A stretch of DNA of 64,000 nucleotides. It comes from Phallusia mammillata. Lineage: Eukaryota. The DNA is taken from positions 22,816,001-22,880,000 of the forward strand of contig OZ281497.1 of assembly GCA_965637545.1 (NCBI GenBank), in the 5' to 3' direction. The notes under the pieces were generated by a model. It saw nothing but the letters and a program-made list of their open reading frames with translations, had not been told where the DNA came from and did no database searches. Each line of letters opens with the position of its first letter. Position 1 is the first letter of the stretch. Position numbers and translations under genes: made by a program. Positions 60,450 to 64,000 of this stretch are shown here, in pieces.

Positions 60450-63400
60450 ATGATGACTGGGCTTTCCATCAGCAAGATTGTGGTTATTTCAATGATGATT
60501 CATGTTATAACCGCACAGGCTAAATGTAAGTTTCACTGTCACTAACTGTTATTATTCGTTTGTTTGTTTGGTTTATATCCAGGACTACTTTATTGCTCTG
60601 CGACCCCTTGATGGGTATAGCCCAGGGGTGCACAACCTTACCCGCATCACAAATTTTTATTTCACCAACAGCCCTTTATTGCCTGCTTGCTTGTGTTTTA
60701 AATTACTGCTGCAAAGAAATACTTGTATATTAAAAAAATATATATACTATTTAATAGCGCCTAAAAAGCCTAAATTAATTTCTTACTTAAAACAGAAATT
60801 GGCAGTCTTAGCTTTTATGACGTCATAATCTATATTGTGACGCTTGTGGCATATCCCTTTTCAGGTTGTTTGCACACAAACGGCATAAAAAATATTGGCA
60901 TATATGGCTACTAGGCAGGTAATACTCTTTTAAATTCCACAAAATGTGTTTAGAGCTGTTTGAAAATCAAAATATTGATCAAAAGAGTTTTTATTTACGT
61001 CAAAGCCGCAGCATAAACTCGTCTCTGTACGGCCGCAAGGTTGTGCACCCCTCGTATAGCCTTCACACGAGAATGAAGTATAAACAATTAATTGACGCGC
61101 GTATACCATTTTTTGAGACTGAAAATTATTGGGGTCGCGACCCACAGTTTGAGAAGCCCTGTCTTAAGTGACTCTGTTCAAGTAATAAAATAGGACTTAG
61201 GTCTAAACACAGCCCTTACACACCTGAACTAGTTTATGTGATTAATTGTGCCAAAAGCGCTGCAATGCCCCAAGCTTAAGCATGTTAATGCAATAAACAA
61301 CTCATTATTCGAAATATTTGCAGTTAACTATGAGTTATTGTGCAGGTTGCAACAAAACTTTTCAAGCACTGAAGGACAGTGTGTTGATATTATCTGACGA
61401 TCTTGTGGATGCAAACACTGCACAGGAGAAATGTTCTTTGCTGGGTGGAAATCTTGCAATGACTGATGACCCACAGATCAACACAACTCTCACTCAACTC
61501 ATGACAGACAAATACACAACAGGTTGGCATATGTGTATATGATGTTAAGCCTTAGCAACAAAGTTCAACAAAGACACCTAACTGCCTGTCCCAACAAAAC
61601 GTTGTTTCAGATTTGCAGCGTGTTTATGTTTTTTATGATCAATCTAAAAAATACGAACGATGTAAATACTCAAACAATTCGGCTGAAGTGGATTTCTGGA
61701 AAAGCACAAAATCTCTCGGACATCTCTGGTATTTCGACTTGTACGAATGGTAAAAAACAGATATTTACAAAACTTGTCATTATCAATTGGATCAGCGGTC
61801 CTCAAACTTTTCAGTATAGCTGCCCGTTCCATCATCTCGAGGATATTCGGTAGAATGTTTACATTAGAAAACAAAAACTTGAATTAAAATCACTTGTATG
61901 AAAGGTTCACACCAGATAGTTACAAACTTGTCGCTACCAAGTAGACTGAATTTTTTTGAACAGGAATCCTGAAAACTCAATGGAATCAATTTACTTCTGC
62001 GAGACTTGGAAAGACAGAAATAAGGAGAAGTGGAATGTGACCATTGGAAGAAATTGTGAAGGCCTAGACAACTATGGAAATTGGAACGGTTGGTGTTCTA
62101 TTTACCTCAGTAACGTTTATTTAATCACAATAACATATTGAAGAAAAAAAACATATTGAAGTATTTCTACTGTTTATGGTTTTGCTTCTAATTGACGACA
62201 ACAAAATCTTTTATTTAATGTTTCGATCTCACTTACAAATATTTGCAGGATGGAACCTACGATATTCTTTATTTTCCGACACCAAAACAAGGAAACTCCA
62301 AAAGGAAATATTTAGCTATGGAAGCATCGGTCAAATGCGTGGAAGCAAATTGCGAAGTGTAAATGAATCGTTTGAAGGCTTCACTACATATGATGGATCG
62401 TTCCTGGCACCAAGTGAGCGTTTGATGTTAAAAATATACCCCCATGTTATAATGAATTTAGTGTATTTCTAGAAGTTAATGTGTTTGTTGGAGCTCGTTA
62501 CAACACATCTACAAATGGTTGGTATTGGAGCGACGGATCTCCGGCAAACTTTCCTGTTTCCAACGTTACAACTTGCCAGCAGGGAGCGTTGCATTATGGG
62601 ATCGGATGGGAGCAGTCAAGCATGAACTGCAGTCGTGAACCGGCATACTACGCTTGCCAAGTGAAATGTGAGTAGTTGCAAGGTTTTCACAGTATATCAC
62701 TACAAAGCTTGGCAAAAGGTATAACCTTTTGGATTGAAGTTTTATCTTATTTTTAAATTGGCTAAGTATGTTTCAGTGAACGTTTGTAAAAAGGTTTGAA
62801 AGCAACTTCTATAGTTACAAACATAATTTGTGAGGTATTTCACTTTAAAACTTAACAACTTTTTGCAGTAAACACGACTGCAGATACATTTCCATGCAAC
62901 GCTTCAACAGTGCTTGTCAGTTGGACTGGACTTGATCCATTCATCAACAACAACAATTTAACAGCACAAGTGAAAATAAAAGTTTTGTTGTTTATTATTT
63001 GCGTTAATGCACCGAATAATACAAATCATCTACAGTTTAGTTTACAAACAAATACATACAGGTTGAGATTCAGGTTCATGGGTGGAATCAAACATTATTT
63101 GTTCCGTATTCGGTTAAATCACTTTTATTTGAAGGTTTTAATCACTCTACATTTTATGATATTCAGGTAAGCATATTTTGCGCTAAAACTAAAAACTAAA
63201 GCGTCTGGAATTTGCACAACGCCTAACTTAGCTGCAAATACTAAACCATTTTTATTTTTATTTCAGATCACAGTCGTTTTCACTGGTTCAACCACATCCA
63301 ACATCACCGCCAATCTGACAGTAAGAACTCCGGGTAACCCCCCTCCAAGCTGTTTTCCTGGAGATAACACGGCCAGTCCCGCAACGAGTGCTGGAATGAT

Positions 63401-64000
63401 TGCTGGTCTGGTCATCGGGCTGTTGCTTCTTGTACTTGTCATGGTTGGGGTGGGGATCATATTTAAACGTCGAAGGCACAGGTTCGTATTTGATTGATAA
63501 ATCAATACATTTTAATGAATAGATAAATCAGTTCTGCTTTCGTTACGACTAAAACCAGCTGGGATAATAAAGACAAACACGTTATCGGTAAAATCAGATT
63601 TAAAAAGGGTTTGTTTCTACGCAAACCTCATGCACCAGATACATGTTTTGAATCCCCAAAAATTCGCTTTTTTGTTTCGGTAGCTGTGTTGTTTGGCCAA
63701 AAACAAAGCTCATCAATCAACTTAGGACATTTCCCACTTTGAACCACTGCTAAAAAGCATGTTTTTGTTTCATTTTCTGCAGAGCAACACACGGTAAACG
63801 AACTACTAATTCATTGCCAACTGCGCGTTCTCAACAACAAAGAACAGAAGGTAAGAGAAACGTGCACAATAACATGAGATGCCTTTGAAAGTTGTTTCGA
63901 CTTTTGCAGGGCCGTCTACCGCTGGAAATGTAGATGAACATGAATATGAGAACTTCAGAACTGAATATGAAAACATGAATGTAACAACAACAAACCCCAA
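60450..64000 (+). CDS. Copy G: lectin-like / 1xFN3 / TM / tyrosine-motif-tail receptor without PTP domains; last exon runs off the window
   Basis: Exons 60450-60525, 61346-61522, 61611-61749, 61964-62109, 62249-62413, 62473-62667, 62869-62969, 63062-63166, 63267-63481 (TM), 63783-63850 and 63910->64000 (GPSTAGNVDEHEYENFRTEYENMNVTTTNP...). No stop or frameshift was found. Confidence 0.88.
60623..61053. mobile_element. hAT-type MITE in intron 1 of copy G
   Basis: TIRs CAGGGGTGCACAACC ... GGTTGTGCACCCCTC; 8-bp TSD GTATAGCC (60615-60622, 61054-61061). Confidence 0.85.

Noticed and set aside
6790-61475. CTGATGA in lectin exon 2 as a hammerhead core
   Set aside because: There is no stem II or GAAA downstream; it is simply the Thr-Asp-Asp codons.
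197-64000. Most 60-130-aa ORFs in the supplied track as independent genes
   Set aside because: They are exon-plus-intron read-throughs of the receptor genes, antisense shadows, or chance ORFs beginning at TTG/GTG in AT-rich DNA.

Overview
This is AT-rich animal genomic DNA with short GT-AG introns. The compact introns suggest an invertebrate chordate such as an ascidian, but the species cannot be established from the sequence. Nearly the whole window is a + strand tandem array of one receptor family: signal peptide, a C-type-lectin-like domain interrupted by a ~145-aa variable insert, 1-3 three-exon FN3-like repeats, and a TM segment. The copies carry one of two cytoplasmic modules. Copies A (3' end only), D, E and F have tandem protein-tyrosine-phosphatase domains (D1+D2). 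Copies B and G, plus relics R and C, have a short phosphatase-free tail with YEN(F/V/M)/YEEI motifs. Ectodomain exons and tails are shuffled independently between copies, which resembles a paired-receptor immune cluster evolving by birth-and-death. E, F and G look intact (E exon 3 is uncertain). B has one nonsense codon, D has an intact ectodomain but a decayed PTP half, and C and R are pseudogenes. Interspersed elements are a 7.8-kb BEL/Pao LTR retrotransposon (near-identical LTRs, 5-bp TSD, dead ORF), Penelope-like pieces with six minimal hammerhead motifs, a fold-back tRNA-derived SINE, a LINE 3' fragment and several hAT-type MITEs. Exon coordinates were read by hand from splice sites and cross-paralog homology and may be off by a few nt. 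No database search was possible.
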